NCBI GenBank assembly: GCA_950097015.1
Contig: CATNEN010000025.1
Coordinates: 7,440,001-7,504,000, forward strand
Direction of reading: 5' to 3'
DNA: 64,000 bases
DNA from: Macrostomum hystrix
Taxonomy: Eukaryota > Animalia > Platyhelminthes
How positions within the stretch are numbered: the stretch's first letter is position 1; every line of letters begins with the position of its first letter. The notes under the pieces were generated by a model. It did no database searches. It was not told where the DNA came from and saw nothing but the letters and a program-made list of their open reading frames with translations. A program made the position numbers and the translations under genes. Shown here one piece after another: positions 37,601 through 49,962 of this stretch.

Positions 37601-40600
37601 TTAGATAAGAGAAGATTAGCTAGGAGGTTAGATAAGAGATAAGCTAGGAGATTAGATAAGAGATTGGCTAGGAGATTAGCTAGGAGATTAGCTAGGAGAT
37701 TAGCTAGGAGATTAGCTAGGAGATTAGCTAGGAGATTAGATAAGAGATTAGCTAGGAGATTAGATAACATATTAGCTAGGAGGTTAGATAAGAGATTAGC
37801 TAGGAGATTAGATAAGAGATTGGCTAGGAGATTAGCTAGGAGATTAGCTATGAGATTAGATAAGAGATTAGCTAGGAGATTAGATAACATATTAGCTAGG
37901 AGGTTAGATAAGAGATTAGCTAGGAGATTAGATAAGAGATTGGCTAGGAGATTAGCTAGGAGATTAGCTATGAGATTAGATAAGAGATTAGCTAGGAGAT
38001 TAGATAAGAGATTAGCTAGGAGATTAGATAAGAGATTGGCTAGGAGATTAGCTTGGAGATTAGCTATGAGATTAGATAAGATATTGGCAAGGAGATTAGA
38101 TAAGAGATTAGCTAGGAGATTAGATAAGAGATTAGCTAGGAGATTAGATAAGAGATTAGCTAGGAGATTAGCTAGGAGATTAGCTATGAGATTAGATAAG
38201 AGATTAGCTAGGAGATTAGATAAGAGATTAGCTATGAGATTAGATAAGAGATTAGCTAGGAGATTAGATAAGAGATTAGCTATGAGATTAGATAAGAGAT
38301 TAGCTAGGAGATTAGATAAGAGATTAGCTAGGAGATTAGATAAGAGATTAGCTATGAGATTAGATAAGAGATTGGCTAGGAGATTAGCTAGGAGATAAGC
38401 TATGAGATTAGATAAGAGATTAGCTAGGAGATTAGATAAGAGATTAGCTAGGAGATTAGCTAGGAGATTAGCTATGAGATTAGATAAGAGATTAGCTAGG
38501 AGATTAGATAAGAGATTAGCTAGGAGATTAGATAAGAGATTAGCTAGGAGATTAGATAAGAGATTAGCTAGGAGATTAGATAAGAGATTAGCTAGGAGAT
38601 TAGATAAGAGATTAGCTATGAGATTAGATAAGAGATTGGCTAGGAGATTAGCTATGAGATTAGCTATGAGATTAGATAAGAGATTAGCTAGGAGATTAGA
38701 TAAGAGATTGGCTAGGAGATTAGATAAGAGATTAGCTAGGAGATTAGATAAGAGATTAGCTAGGAGATTAGATAAGAGATTGGCTAGGAGATTAGCTAGG
38801 AGATTAGCTATGAGATTAGATAAGAGATTGGCTAGGAGATTAGATAGGAGTTTAGCTAGGAGATTAGATAAGAGATTAGCTAGGAGATTAGATAAGAGAT
38901 TGGCTAGGAGATTAGATAAGAGATTAGCTAGGAGATTAGATAAGAGATTAGCTAGGAGATTAGATAAGAGATTGGCTAGGAGATTAGCTAGGAGATTAGC
39001 TATGAGATTAGATAAGAGATTGGCTAGGAGATTAGATAAGAGATTAGCTAGGAGATTAGATAAGAGATTAGCTATGAGATTAGATAAGAGATTGGCTAGG
39101 AGATTAGATAAGAGATTAGCTATGAGATTAAGTAGAATATTGGATAGTATAATAAGTAGGAGGACTAGCTGGGAGACATGCTACGTAGGCAGAGGATCTG
39201 GGTGATTAGCTAGAAATTGTAGGATGGGTCAAATTAACTAATAGATGTGAAGAACCGGATCAACGAGTATGAAGTAGCCAAAAAAAATTGACCCTTGATG
39301 GAACTGTGGTACCAATAAAGTACAAAAGAGGGCATTTTGAAATTAAATAAATGTTAAACGCAGAAAAAAAACAGAACGATAATTGATAATTGATTTCAAA
39401 ATTTAATCGCAAATATTAGCACTGAGAAAAAAACCATCTGAAAAAGTCTCTGGCGGGATTGTGAATGCCTGCAAAAAATTGACAATTCCTTTAAAAATGT
39501 CGAATATTATGCCCCGCTAAAAATAGGCAAGAAACAAACAAAAATAATTTTTTCAATCAATCTACGCAAAATGATTTAAAAATACGCTAGTAGTTGCCAC
39601 AGAAAGTGCTCGCGCCTTTGCTTTGAATGGAAGCGGAGGACTCTCGATTCTAAATTTAAAGCAGACTTTGCCGCCAGACAGTTCAGAGGACGCAGTGGGT
39701 TACCGCTTCATTGCCAGAATCGAGCAAGAAGAGATTCAACAAAAGCAAAAAATGGTCTAGAATCGTACAATGAATCGTATCAGGAATCGCATCAGAAACA
39801 GTTGCAGGAATCGTATCTAGAATCGCATCAGGAATCGTACCAAGAATCGTATCAAGAATCGTATCAGGAATCTTACCAGGAATCGTATCAGGAATCGTAC
39901 GAGTATCAACAATCGTATCAGGAATCATATCAAGAATCGTACCAAGAACCGTATCAGAAAAAGTTGCAAGAATCGTATCAGGAATCGCATCAGGAATCGT
40001 ACCAAGAATCGTACCAAGAATCGTATCAAGAATCGTATCAGGAATCTTACCAGGAATCGTATCAAGAAAATCGTATCAGGAATCATATCAAGAATCGTAC
40101 CAAGAATCGTATCAGGAACAGTTGCAAGAATCGTATCAGGAATCGCATCATGAATCGTACCAAGAATCGTACCAAGAATCGTATCAAGAATCGTATCAGG
40201 AAACTAACCAGGAATCTTATCAAGAAAATCGCACCAGGAATCGTACCAAGAATCGTATCAAGAATCGTATAAGGAATCGTATCGAGAATCGTACCAAGAA
40301 TAGTATCAGAAATAGTTTCAAGAATCGTATCAGGAATCGCATCAGGAATCGTACCAAGAATCGTACCAAGAATCGTATCAAGAATCGTATCAGGAATCTA
40401 ACCAGGAATCGTATCAGGAATCGTATCAAGAATCGTATCAGGGATCATATCAAGAATCGTACCAAGAATCGTATCAGAAACAGTGGCAAAAATCGTATCA
40501 GGAATCGTAGCAAGAGCAAAGATTTAAAAAAAAATTATCAGGAATCGCAGCCAGAATCGCCTGAGAGAATATTTTTGTACTTCAATAATAATCGCTTTTT

Positions 40601-42992
40601 TAAAGAGGCTGAGAAAAGCAGAGAGGATTTTTTGACGCGGCCAATTATTGGAAAAGCCTGAAAGCTGGGATATTTATGGATACGGGAAAACGTCAAGCGT
40701 GGCGACGAGATAAAAATTTCCTAGAAATAACTGAATGTCAGTCAGCCGGGGTTTTCAAAAGCCTTGCACCTGCAGCTCAGCCTCTTAAAAGCGAATTGGA
40801 TTGTTGGAATTGTTGTTTTTTATTTAGAAACCTAACAGCCTCAGCCCAATGCTCATCCGAGCGGATATGAGTACGCTCTCTAGGTGATTTGCGCCCGAGA
40901 CTGCCTAAAAATAGTTGCTAGGGGTGGGCAGGAGGATGGGAGAAACCCGACGAAAAAAGGACAGGAAAATTTAAAATGGGATATTAAAACGGATTAGAAC
41001 GAACGGGGAACAGATCAAAGCGGTGTTTGAGAACTCATTGGCAATGGCTTACCAAACAGCTCGCCTTTGGGCGCGAATTCCATTGCTAGACAGATGTGGC
41101 TCTCAGTCTCAATCACTTCGTATAGGCGAATAATGTGCGGATGATTCAACAGTTTCATGGCTGAGATTTCTCGCTGCACTTTAACCAGATTCTTGTCTCC
41201 AAGGAGCCGTTTGTCCATTAGCTTTATGGCGACCTGCTCAGACGGTTTGGAACGGGTCTTTAATTATTTTTTATTACTGATAAATAACGCAAATAGATAA
41301 TAAACTTCGTGATAAAATAGCCTAAAATATCCCAAAACAAAATGGATCCCAACTACTAAATTACACATCCCAAAACACCATGGATACCAAACCCAAGCCT
41401 TAAAGTTTCTAAAACACAATTGATCCCAAATCCTAGCTTACAGATCCCAAAACACGATGAATACCAAATCCTAGCTTAAAAGATCCCAGAGGGGCAATAA
41501 ATCCCAAATCCTTGCTTAAAAGTTCCCAGAGGCACAAAAAATCCCAAATCCTAGCTTAAAAGTTCCCAGAGGCACAATAGATCCCAAATCCTAGCTTAAA
41601 AGTTCCCAGAGGCACAAAAAATCCCAAATCCTAGCTTAAAAGTTCCCAGAGGCACAATAGATCCCAAATCCTAGCTTAAAAGATCCCAGAGGCACAATGG
41701 ATCCCAAATCCTAGCTTAAAAGATCCCAGAGGCACAATAGATCCCAAATCCTAGCTTAAAAGCTCCCAGAGGCACAATGGATCTCAAATCCTAGCTTAAA
41801 AGATCTCAAACACTATGGATCCCAAATCCTAGCTTAAAAGATCCCAGAGGCACAATGGATCTCAAATCCTTGCTTAAAAGCTCCCAGAGGCACAATGGAT
41901 CTCAAATCCTTGCTTAAAAGTTCCCAGAGGCGCAATAGATCCCAAATCCTAGCTTAAAAGATCTCAAACACAATGGATCGCAAATCCTTGCTTAAAAGAT
42001 CCCAGAGGCACAATAGATCCCAAATCCTTGCTTAAAAGATCCCAGAGGCACAATGGATTCCAATTCAGGTTAAAGGTTCTTTATTTCGATATTTCGTTTG
42101 CTATATCGAAATGCCGATCCTAAGATTTTATTCTCTGTTTTGAGACACTCTCTCGGTAAATATTATGAAAATTATGAAAATTTGACAAATCTGATACTTT
42201 ATTAAATGAAAAAATGTATATGCTAAGCTTCCAGAAGCAGATAGTCAGCAGATGGGGATGAATATCCACACCGCCGATTCCAAGCTTCAAGTTTCTCCAG
42301 GATTAGGTTTCATGGCAAGGAGCATGATAATAGAAAACGGGGCGCTAGGGATTAGGGATTACGCTTTTCTGAATTTAAGCTCGTATTCGTTCGCTAACTC
42401 TGGGTAACCCTGCGGCAGACATACTCGTACTTCACGAATCCCAAGCTTCAAAAATCCCAAAAATTATTGATTCCCTAACTTCACGCCCACAATCAGGATC
42501 ACCAGACTTCTAATTCCCAACTTCCCGATCCCCAAACTTCTAATTCCCAAACTTCCCGATCCCCAAACTTCTAATTCCCAAACTTCCCGATCCCCAAACT
42601 TCTAATTCCCAAACGTCTAATTCCCAAACTTCCCGATCCCCAAACTTCCCGTTCCCAATCCTAAAAGTACAAGTATTGTAGACCCCAGATCTCACCTTGG
42701 TCTTCAAGACCGAATGGCATGCTAGTTTAACAACGGCGAATGTGCCCTTTCCGATGGTGTCAAGCAGTTTATAGGAGCCTATCTGCTTGGTCGTAGCGAC
42801 GGCGCCAGCGGCAATGCCTCCTCGCTGGTTGTCGCCAGAGCAGGTCGGATGCGGCGCAGCCAGGCCACAGATGTCCACGGTTCCAAAGCTGTTCTCCAAC
42901 AGTTCAACATCCGTGGCCGAATCCGAGCTAGTGTCCGTGGCCATGGACTGTACAGTGGCGCTAGATTCAACACTAGACTGGCGCGACTCCAT
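27912..42992 (-). CDS. SIK: Salt-inducible kinase-like (AMPK-related) Ser/Thr kinase, 793 aa, 5 exons (42992-42696, 41233-41053, 34099-33813, 33283-32428, 28672-27912)
   Basis: GKGTFAVVK, VAIK, HRDLKAENLLLD, DFGF, LSTHCGSPQYASPE, DVWSLGVILY, UBA-like segment, RRASD motif. All junctions GT-AG and phase-consistent (0,1,0,1); total 2382 nt. Confidence 0.88.
28965..30410. repeat. 31-33-bp minisatellite (GAGCATTCTGTCACTCGGCTGTTAGACACACGT)n, SIK intron 4
   Basis: Direct tandem repeat. Confidence 0.95.
30877..31322 (+). mobile_element. Palindromic MITE-like repeat, copy C (most complete), SIK intron 4
   Basis: Long imperfect inverted arms; core GCATCGTCGAGATAGTCAGCGATTCTTGTCGG (~30982) versus CCGACGAGAATCGTTGAATATCTCGACGATGC (~31204). 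Confidence 0.65.
33335..33790. repeat. 16-bp minisatellite (GAGATGGGATCAAGTT)n, SIK intron 3
   Basis: Fills nearly the whole 529-nt intron. Confidence 0.95.
34112..39135. repeat. 12-bp satellite (GATTAGCTAGGA / GATTAGATAAGA)n, ~5 kb, SIK intron 2
   Basis: Tandem 12-mer variants with a 1958-bp higher-order duplication. Confidence 0.97.
39750..40550. repeat. 12-bp minisatellite (CAGGAATCGTAT / CAAGAATCGTAC)n, SIK intron 2
   Basis: Tandem repeat; it explains the QESY/RIRN ORFs. Confidence 0.9.
41330..42060. repeat. 40-bp minisatellite (ATCCCAAATCCTAGCTTAAAAGTTCCCAGAGGCACAATAG)n, SIK intron 1
   Basis: Tandem repeat, degenerate at the edges. Confidence 0.9.
42500..42660. repeat. Short ~31-bp repeat (TTCTAATTCCCAAACTTCCCGATCCCCAAAC)n next to SIK exon 1 donor
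   Basis: About 5 tandem copies. Confidence 0.8.
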
Positions 42993-45343
42993 TTTAGGTT
43001 TGAATATGCTAGAGGCACTATGCTTCTAGATAATGTGTAGTATTTTAGACCACTGATCTAATAATTACTACATAATAATTCGGCTGCAATTCTGGGAGAA
43101 AAATGAAAATATTTATCAACCAGCTGTACAGATAAATAAATATAGATAATTATCATAACAATAACTGCTTTGTTAACCAATCAAGTATTAACTTTTATAT
43201 AAACAATAATTAAACCATGTTAAATAAATGTAAAAAAGAATTGATACTAATTTTTAATGAAACAATCAGCTAAAAAGAATATTAAGACTGCAGTTAAATT
43301 TTGTTATAGAAATCCACAATTAAATGGTCCATTCAAAATAATAGGTAGGAAATAATACTAATGGCTTAAATTATCCAAAAGTCTATCAGCAAACAATCAG
43401 CACAAGAGAATTATGTGACAGACACTTTTATACATTTTATAGCTTCTGGGTGTGTAGTGATACTAAAAGTGAGGCTTAAAGCCTATCTTGCTAGCTACAT
43501 TTATTGCCAGGGCCACAGATTAAAAAAACTAAAATTTTAATAAATTACATGCGTTTTTACATAGCCAATAAGGAATTTCTAATATACTAAAAATGAAAAT
43601 CTTGCTTGGTTGCTTGCTTGTATTTAAAATAGCTAAATATATATGGACTATCATTATTAAGCTAGAAGAAATAGTTAACTAGCTGGGTAACTTATAAATA
43701 TAAGGTCAACAGTAAATTAAAATGCAGTTACTGTCGCAATGAAATGTTATATAAGGAAATCAATTTATTTGACAAAACAACTTTCGATGGGTTTAGCAAA
43801 TTTTGGTGCAGTATTTCAAATTACAATGTCAAGCTGCAACACAAATCAACTGATTGGCCGTTAGATTAGGGAAACTGATATTTTGTCTAATTTCTGGTGT
43901 TCTCCTAACATCATAAGTTTATGAAGCCTAATTTATTTTAAGAAAATATAATACATTTGCTTGACTGTCTCCATTGTGGCTAGCAAAAATGTAAACAATT
44001 CTCGCAACGCAGATTCGTTAAAACGAAAGATTTGCAAAAATCAGGAGTCATTATCTGATAATGTTAATAATTTCGCTTATTAAGTTTGACTTCAAACTTC
44101 AACTTCAACAATCAACACATTGCGAAGAAAATAAGCTTCTAAGAAACTCTTGCTTTTGAATTCACGCGAGCTGCATGTGCACCATGCAAATCTATTTTTC
44201 GTAGTCTGAAGTCGTTCCCGAGCGGAGCGATATTTATATCTGCTGCGGAAATTACAATAATAGACAATAGCGAGAGGAATTATTCTACGAGCTATGGAGA
44301 CTCAGTATTCCCCATGCTACCGAACACAAGGCGTAAGCAATCAGACAAATATATATTCGGATATATATGATCGGAGCCAGGCACGATTCAAATAAAGAAT
44401 ATGTAATGCCAACTATACATTGGAATATTGCTTTTGATTGGCTGATTGGAACGAAGACAAAGATAGAGAAAAACTGTCTATCCTTTCGACTTTGTTGCTG
44501 TTGATTTGTTTGGCTTGAATTGCCACTACGCTATGATGTTTTTTCCATTCCCACGTGTATTATGTTTTAGCCGAAAACAATAGTTTCGAAAGTAAGCTCT
44601 TGTCCAAAGAATTTCAACGGCGATGAAAACAAAGCTGTATTTATTTTTAATGCTGTGTTGACATCCTCGTTAAAAATACTAACGTACCGATCCTGTCGTG
44701 CTAAAGGATGATAAAGAATTAAGTGCCTCAGTAAATGCAAAAAATCTTATAAAGATATTGTTTTACCCTCTATATCTTTAGAGTAGTACCTTACGTTGTA
44801 AGTAGTAGTACATGTAGTAGATTGGCTCAGGCAAGAAGCCTGTTTTTTCAATATTATTCTACATTATACAATTTATTAAAAATATTATTTTTTACTACTG
44901 TAACCTGTAGTCACAACGAAATTTCAAATAAAGTATCATATAAAAGCTAAAATTTTACCCTGAAAAATAAGGGCAAACTTCAAACGGCTTTAAGCTTATT
45001 AGACATAAACAAAAAACCGCGAAACAAGTCGTTATATTTAAAAAATGACTATCTAGTTACTTTTTGATAAATTTCTGTGATTCTATAGCGTAAAGAAATA
45101 TGAAATTTTAACAATATACATTTGTAGATTTAGATTTCTTGATTTCATTAAAGCAAGGCTTAATATGAATCTGCATGCAGTTTTCACAGTTTTCACAAAT
45201 AAATATGGAGCTGCAAATGTTTCTTAATTACCGGATGCAACATTTCAAATTACATCTTTTGGGAAGTCAGCAACCCTTCAAAATTCATGGCTTAAGGTCA
45301 GTCATGTGCTGCAGTCCTTGGTAAGTCAATGAGTGTGTCCTAG

Positions 45344-46321
45344 TCAGTCAGTACTAAATCGTCGCCTCGGCTGGCAGGTGAAGAGGCCAACCAGCGATCG
45401 CCGGAAGGTGGTGTTGAAGGCCAGGAAGATGGCCAGGTTACAGAATACGCCGAGGCAGGCCCAAGCGGAAGCGGCATAGTAGAGACACAAACCCAAGTAG
45501 AAGAGGCTTCCAGTACTGCTACTAGCACTAAGAGACGCATCCAACAGGCCCAGCTGCATGGCGGCCAGAACTGCCGCGTAGGGAGCATTGAAGACGGCGC
45601 TGGCCAGTGCAGCCAGCAGCAGGGCTCGCGTCAGCTGACCGCGGCGCCTGCCGCCTAGTAGTCTATAGATGCAGTACACACTGAGTACTAGGTTAAGCGC
45701 CACAGGGAGCACGTAGGTTAGTGCCAAGGTTTCGAAAATTGCGTAATAAAGAAAGGCCTGGCGCCGTTCGATGGCGCAGAGCATGTTGGCCTGGTCGGTG
45801 TCGCCGTTCGGTGGGCCGACAAAGACTAGGCGCGGCGAGGCGGCTACAGCCAAGGCGCAGAACTCGGCTCCGCTTAGCAGGAAGCCGCCGCGTAGGCGAC
45901 TGAGGCTGCCACGCCGCTGCCGGCTGAACGGTCGACAGACGGCGGCGCAGAGCTCGGCAGACATAGTCACCACGGTCCAGCTGGATACGGATTTGCACAG
46001 GAAGTAGCCATAGTACAGAACTTTGCAGAGTGCCGCGCTACTATCCGAAGGCAGGCCACCAGACCTAATAAGCTGGGTGATGGCGGCCAGGCAGATGCTG
46101 TGCAAGGAATCGCTAATTGCCATGACAACCAGGTACCAGTGACAGGAGTAGCGCATACCCCGATGCAGTAGAGTCAGGACAACCAATAGGTTGGCCAGGC
46201 AGCTAAGCACACCTGTTGCCAGGTAGAGTCGAAATTGGTGCGGTCGCCAGTCTCGCTGGGTCTCGTAGCACAGTGGACAGTCGGCTGGTTCTACGGGGCA
46301 GCTCTGATTGGCTGCCACCAA
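45344..46321 (-). CDS. Class A GPCR (orphan, peptide-receptor-like); 7TM region uninterrupted, true start not identified
   Basis: LANLLVV (TM1), MAISDS (TM2), extracellular Cys, MSAELCAAVCRPF (TM3), FNAP (TM6), CNLAIF (TM7). No in-frame ATG before TM1; the ORF track start is TTG. Confidence 0.8.
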   Translation of the reverse strand: MVAANQSCPVEPADCPLCYETQRDWRPHQFRLYLATGVLSCLANLLVVLTLLHRGMRYSCHWYLVVMAISDSLHSICLAAITQLIRSGGLPSDSSAALCKVLYYGYFLCKSVSSWTVVTMSAELCAAVCRPFSRQRRGSLSRLRGGFLLSGAEFCALAVAASPRLVFVGPPNGDTDQANMLCAIERRQAFLYYAIFETLALTYVLPVALNLVLSVYCIYRLLGGRRRGQLTRALLLAALASAVFNAPYAAVLAAMQLGLLDASLSASSSTGSLFYLGLCLYYAASAWACLGVFCNLAIFLAFNTTFRRSLVGLFTCQPRRRFSTD

Positions 46322-46609
46322 ACTGAGCGAAGCGCTTATCAGTCGGAGGTCAATGCTGCGATTGGTTGATAAATGGATTTTAAGTTTTGCAAAATGTCTA
46401 CTTATACTAAAAATCCTTGATGTATGTATTGATGAGATGGCTAATACGCTCGTATCAGTTATTCATTAGCAAATTCTTTAATTGTGAACCATGTGAGACA
46501 ATTGCATAATTATATTTATATATATCAACTGTACTTTGTAAATGGATTAATTTGTATTTTGCCATTTATAATTTGTAATGATGTAATTCGTAAAACCCCT
46601 ACCAAGACA

Positions 46610-46745
46610 TGATTGGGCCATAGACTATTAATAAGTCGGAACTTCGAGTCTCACCCCAAGGTAGACAATTTGGTCTTTGAGCAGGTCACTTAATTTCCTA
46701 GTGCTTCAGTTTACCCAGCTACAAAATGGGTGCCAGCATTCCCAG
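46610..46745 (+). mobile_element. Degenerate SINE-like fragment with CORE-like segment
   Basis: TTCGAGTCTC B-box remnant, then TTGAGCAGGTCACTTAATTTCCTAGTGCTTCAGTTTACCCAGCTACAAAATGGGTGCCAGCATT, shared with 48590-48826. Confidence 0.5.
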
Positions 46746-47645
46746 TCTCCAGTACACAGTCTTTGTTTGCTGCCTTAGACAAAAATTCGTAATATATAAT
46801 CAGACTCACCCTGGTGGAATATTTGAAAAATTTGAGCTTTGTGTACTCATTGTGTATTATTGTAGGACTCTGAGCACAATACTCGTGAGCAGCCAAACAC
46901 TTGAGCTAAAATTGGCTGCCGCAATTGGTTCTATTTGCAGTTATAATTGTTCTCAGATTTGGTGAAATTTAGGATTTATAGTCATCTGGCCGCTCTCCCA
47001 CCGAATGCACCGCTGTGTGACTGCCAAAATACTCGCATGTCAGTTGCGAATTACAATTAACTCCGCTTGTAATTGTTTTGTACTTTTACTGGCCAAGTAC
47101 TATAAATTTAATCTTCAGCCAATGCTAGTGGCACTGATAAATTATAAGCTTTGCATTTATAAAAGCAGTTCAATTCATAGAAAAGATTACTACCTTGATA
47201 ACACTGTACACGATAATCGAGCTAATATTTTTTACCAAATTAAAATAAGTTTAGCAGTTAAACTGTATATAAATTATCTTACCTATTCAAAGCCGTTTAA
47301 AAATCTTAAAATACATTCTTTATGTATGAAAACCAAATGATTACGAGTAGATAGTGGGGCGAGTGGAGTGGGTAGTTGAGGTGCGTGTCGGTGTGTAAAG
47401 GGGGGAGTAGAAAGTAGGGCGGGTGGAGGCGTGAAAACTAGGGTCACAAGGGAGTGAGGTGGGTGGAGGCGTGAAAACTAGGGTAACCAGAGAGTGAGGT
47501 GGGTGGAGGCGTGAAAATAATTAATGGTAAAATGTTTACCAGTTTGGCGATGAGTTAATGGGACAGTATAGTATTCCACTAAATATCTAAAAACGTCTAA
47601 TTTCTAAGGTCCATCGAGTTCTTGAAGCCGAATTCGATCCCCGCA

Positions 47646-48983
47646 CTACATCAGCTTTGCCAGATTCTGCGGATTCTCTATGTAGGCCTTGGCCAGCTCC
47701 ACCACCTTGTTCTTGGCCGCCTCAACAAGTCTCTGGCGCTCCATCTCAATGACCTTCTCGGTCAGCGGCTCAATCCAGGAGGCCGCCGAGCTGCCGTCCT
47801 GGAACCCAATCTCGGCGTTAAGCTCCGGCGGGTCGTCGAGGCGGAATTCGGTGACCGTCAGTCGTCGGTCAGCCAGGTCGCCATTAAAGCTCAGGCGGAG
47901 CACGAGAGGCGGGCAGGCGACGGTGAAGATTGGATTAGCGCCCAGGCAGCAGCTCACGGTGGCCTGGCCATTTATCGACGCCGTCACCGGGCCGATGGCC
48001 AGGGCTAGGTCTACGAATATTCTGCTATTGCCTTCGACTCGAATAGACACGCCATTATTGCTGTCCGCATTGTGCAGCCGCACGCTGGCCAGACCGCGGA
48101 CGCTGCCGTCGTGCAGCCTGCGATTAAAAATTTTCAAGGTGAGGATTGACATTGTGAGCGAGTGATTTAGGATCAGCACTCCTCGATTATTTTTACCTTG
48201 CGTTTCCAGGCAACGGCAGGCAAGCCACCTGGGCAGTGAATGCTACGTTGGCCTCCGGCACCTGGATGGGGTCCAAGCCGGCGTCAGCAATGGCCGAGTT
48301 AAGGTGTGCCGCCAGCTTTTCAACCAGCTCCTTGGCCTTCTCCTTGGCTAGGCGTTCGCCGAACTGGCTAGCCACTCGGCCGGCGACGTTCACGGCAACG
48401 TCCTTGATGTCCGCAACGTCGCGTATCTTTGCCAGCTTTTTCAACTCGTTCTGATTGTAAATTGGCGAGTCATAAGGCTGGAAGCTTTGTTTTTTGTGAG
48501 GCCTCCTATTCAGATGTTCCCGTGTGCGTAATGCAAAAAAAGAATACTAATTGATTACACCTGCCCTAATCTGGCCTGGTGTGCAGCTGTCAGCACTGCC
48601 GCAGCTATTGCGCGGCGCATCTGAAGGCTGCGTACGGCTGCTCAGTCCATGGACTTGGGGGGACGCCACACCCACCCTCAATTATCCTAATGCTGGTACC
48701 CATTTAACAGCTGTGTGAACTGAAGCGTCTTACTAAAATACACATATTGTTACAGTGGAGTCAGGATTCGAACCCCTGACCTCCAAGTCATGAGTCCGAG
48801 AATCTAACTACTAGGCTACAATCCACGGCGTGTAGGTAAATACCCTTTCAAGTACGAGCTATCATGCATATCTGCTAGTAGAAAACTGTACGATTACTTC
48901 CTTTTTTAAAAACGAATTCCTATAGTATAGTTTCACAACAATAGAAATAGAATTAATCTAATTATCAAGAGCAGACTCACCAT
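47646..48983 (-). CDS. TULIP-fold (Grp7 allergen/JHBP/BPI-like) lipid-binding protein, 242 aa, 3 coding exons (48983-48981, 48450-48197, 48117-47646), no signal peptide
   Basis: ATG|GTGAGT micro-exon; ACAATCAG|AAC; GCAAG|GTAAAA; TAATCGCAG|G; total 729 nt. GLDPIQVP..G.ARL.DGSVRGLASV motif, beta-rich core and long C-terminal helix. Gene structure is well supported; the fold call is by eye. Confidence 0.65.
48590..48826 (-). mobile_element. tRNA-derived SINE-like element in intron 1 of the TULIP-like gene
   Basis: 72-nt tRNA-like head (48826-48755) with A box TAGCCTAGTAGTTAG and B box GGTTCGAATCC but poor D and anticodon stems, followed by GCTTCAGTTCACACAGCTGTTAAATGGGTACC. Confidence 0.65.
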
Positions 48984-49962
48984 TTTGTATTGATGGGGTG
49001 GGGTATGTAAGTTCTGGGTTACGCTTTAGTTAAATATGTAAGTTTGCACTCATTGCTGTATGCGACTGCGTGCTCAACTCATTCTTTTACAGAACGCCAA
49101 GCAGTTTAAAGCAAAGGACAGCATATTAGCCGTCTACTCTGCTCCTTATCGAAGGATAAGAGAGAGAGAGGGGGGGAGAGACTGAACCACGAGAAGGCAT
49201 GGTCGCGAAGAAGGCCTCTTTTATCTTCTGCCTATCTGAGTATGGGCCCTAAAAATTCAGCTAGCCAATTTCAATTGCAATGCAGTAGGTACCGACCTTT
49301 TTGTAAAGATCTAAGTAAAATGTTTAGCCCGAAACTCCGATTATGAAATTACGAAAAAAATACGAATCATATTAATCTGAATTTTACCAAATAAATTAGC
49401 TTCAAGAACTTTCGAATTCGGTGTAAATATTCAAAGTTCATCAAGTTAATTAGAAATGAAAATACCACAAAATATTAAAAGTTGAGAGAATACATTTCTC
49501 TATCATTGACTGAAACACATAAGAAGCTTTTTTTAACTTGATTGTGTAATAAATCAAAGCAAGATTTTTGTCAGTAATGAGCCACTATACTCGTACTGTT
49601 ATCCCCTGAAACTTCTAGTGATTTTGCAACATTTTCTTGTTTATTCTCTGATTTGCGGATTTCTCGAAAATGTACTTTTATAGAAAATTCAAGAAACTGA
49701 AAGAAAAGGACACTATTTTTTGTATACATTAAGGCAAAGAGAGAGAGAGAATGGCTAGCTCTAGCTTAGCGGACCTGTGCTTCATTTCCATAGACTATCA
49801 ATAATAGGAGGGTAGACGGAGGGCGCTTCAAACTTTTGTCTATGGCCGGGACTGCGGCACGATCAGGGGCAGATAAGGTCCAGTCTTGATGTCTAACTGC
49901 GCTCCCGCTTTCTGTAAAGATTCTAACCTAATTATTATTCTTACACGCGGTCACAAGAGCAG

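Noticed and set aside
33986-39205. Long ORFs of LANLLSN / RRLARRLDK repeats (up to 648 aa)
   Set aside because: Stop-free translations of a 12-bp satellite inside SIK intron 2; open on both strands, no domain.
39683-40661. QESY and RIRN repeat ORFs
   Set aside because: 12-bp array within SIK intron 2.
48755-48826. Functional tRNA-Met gene
   Set aside because: D and anticodon stems do not pair, and it continues into a dispersed-repeat body; treated as a SINE head.
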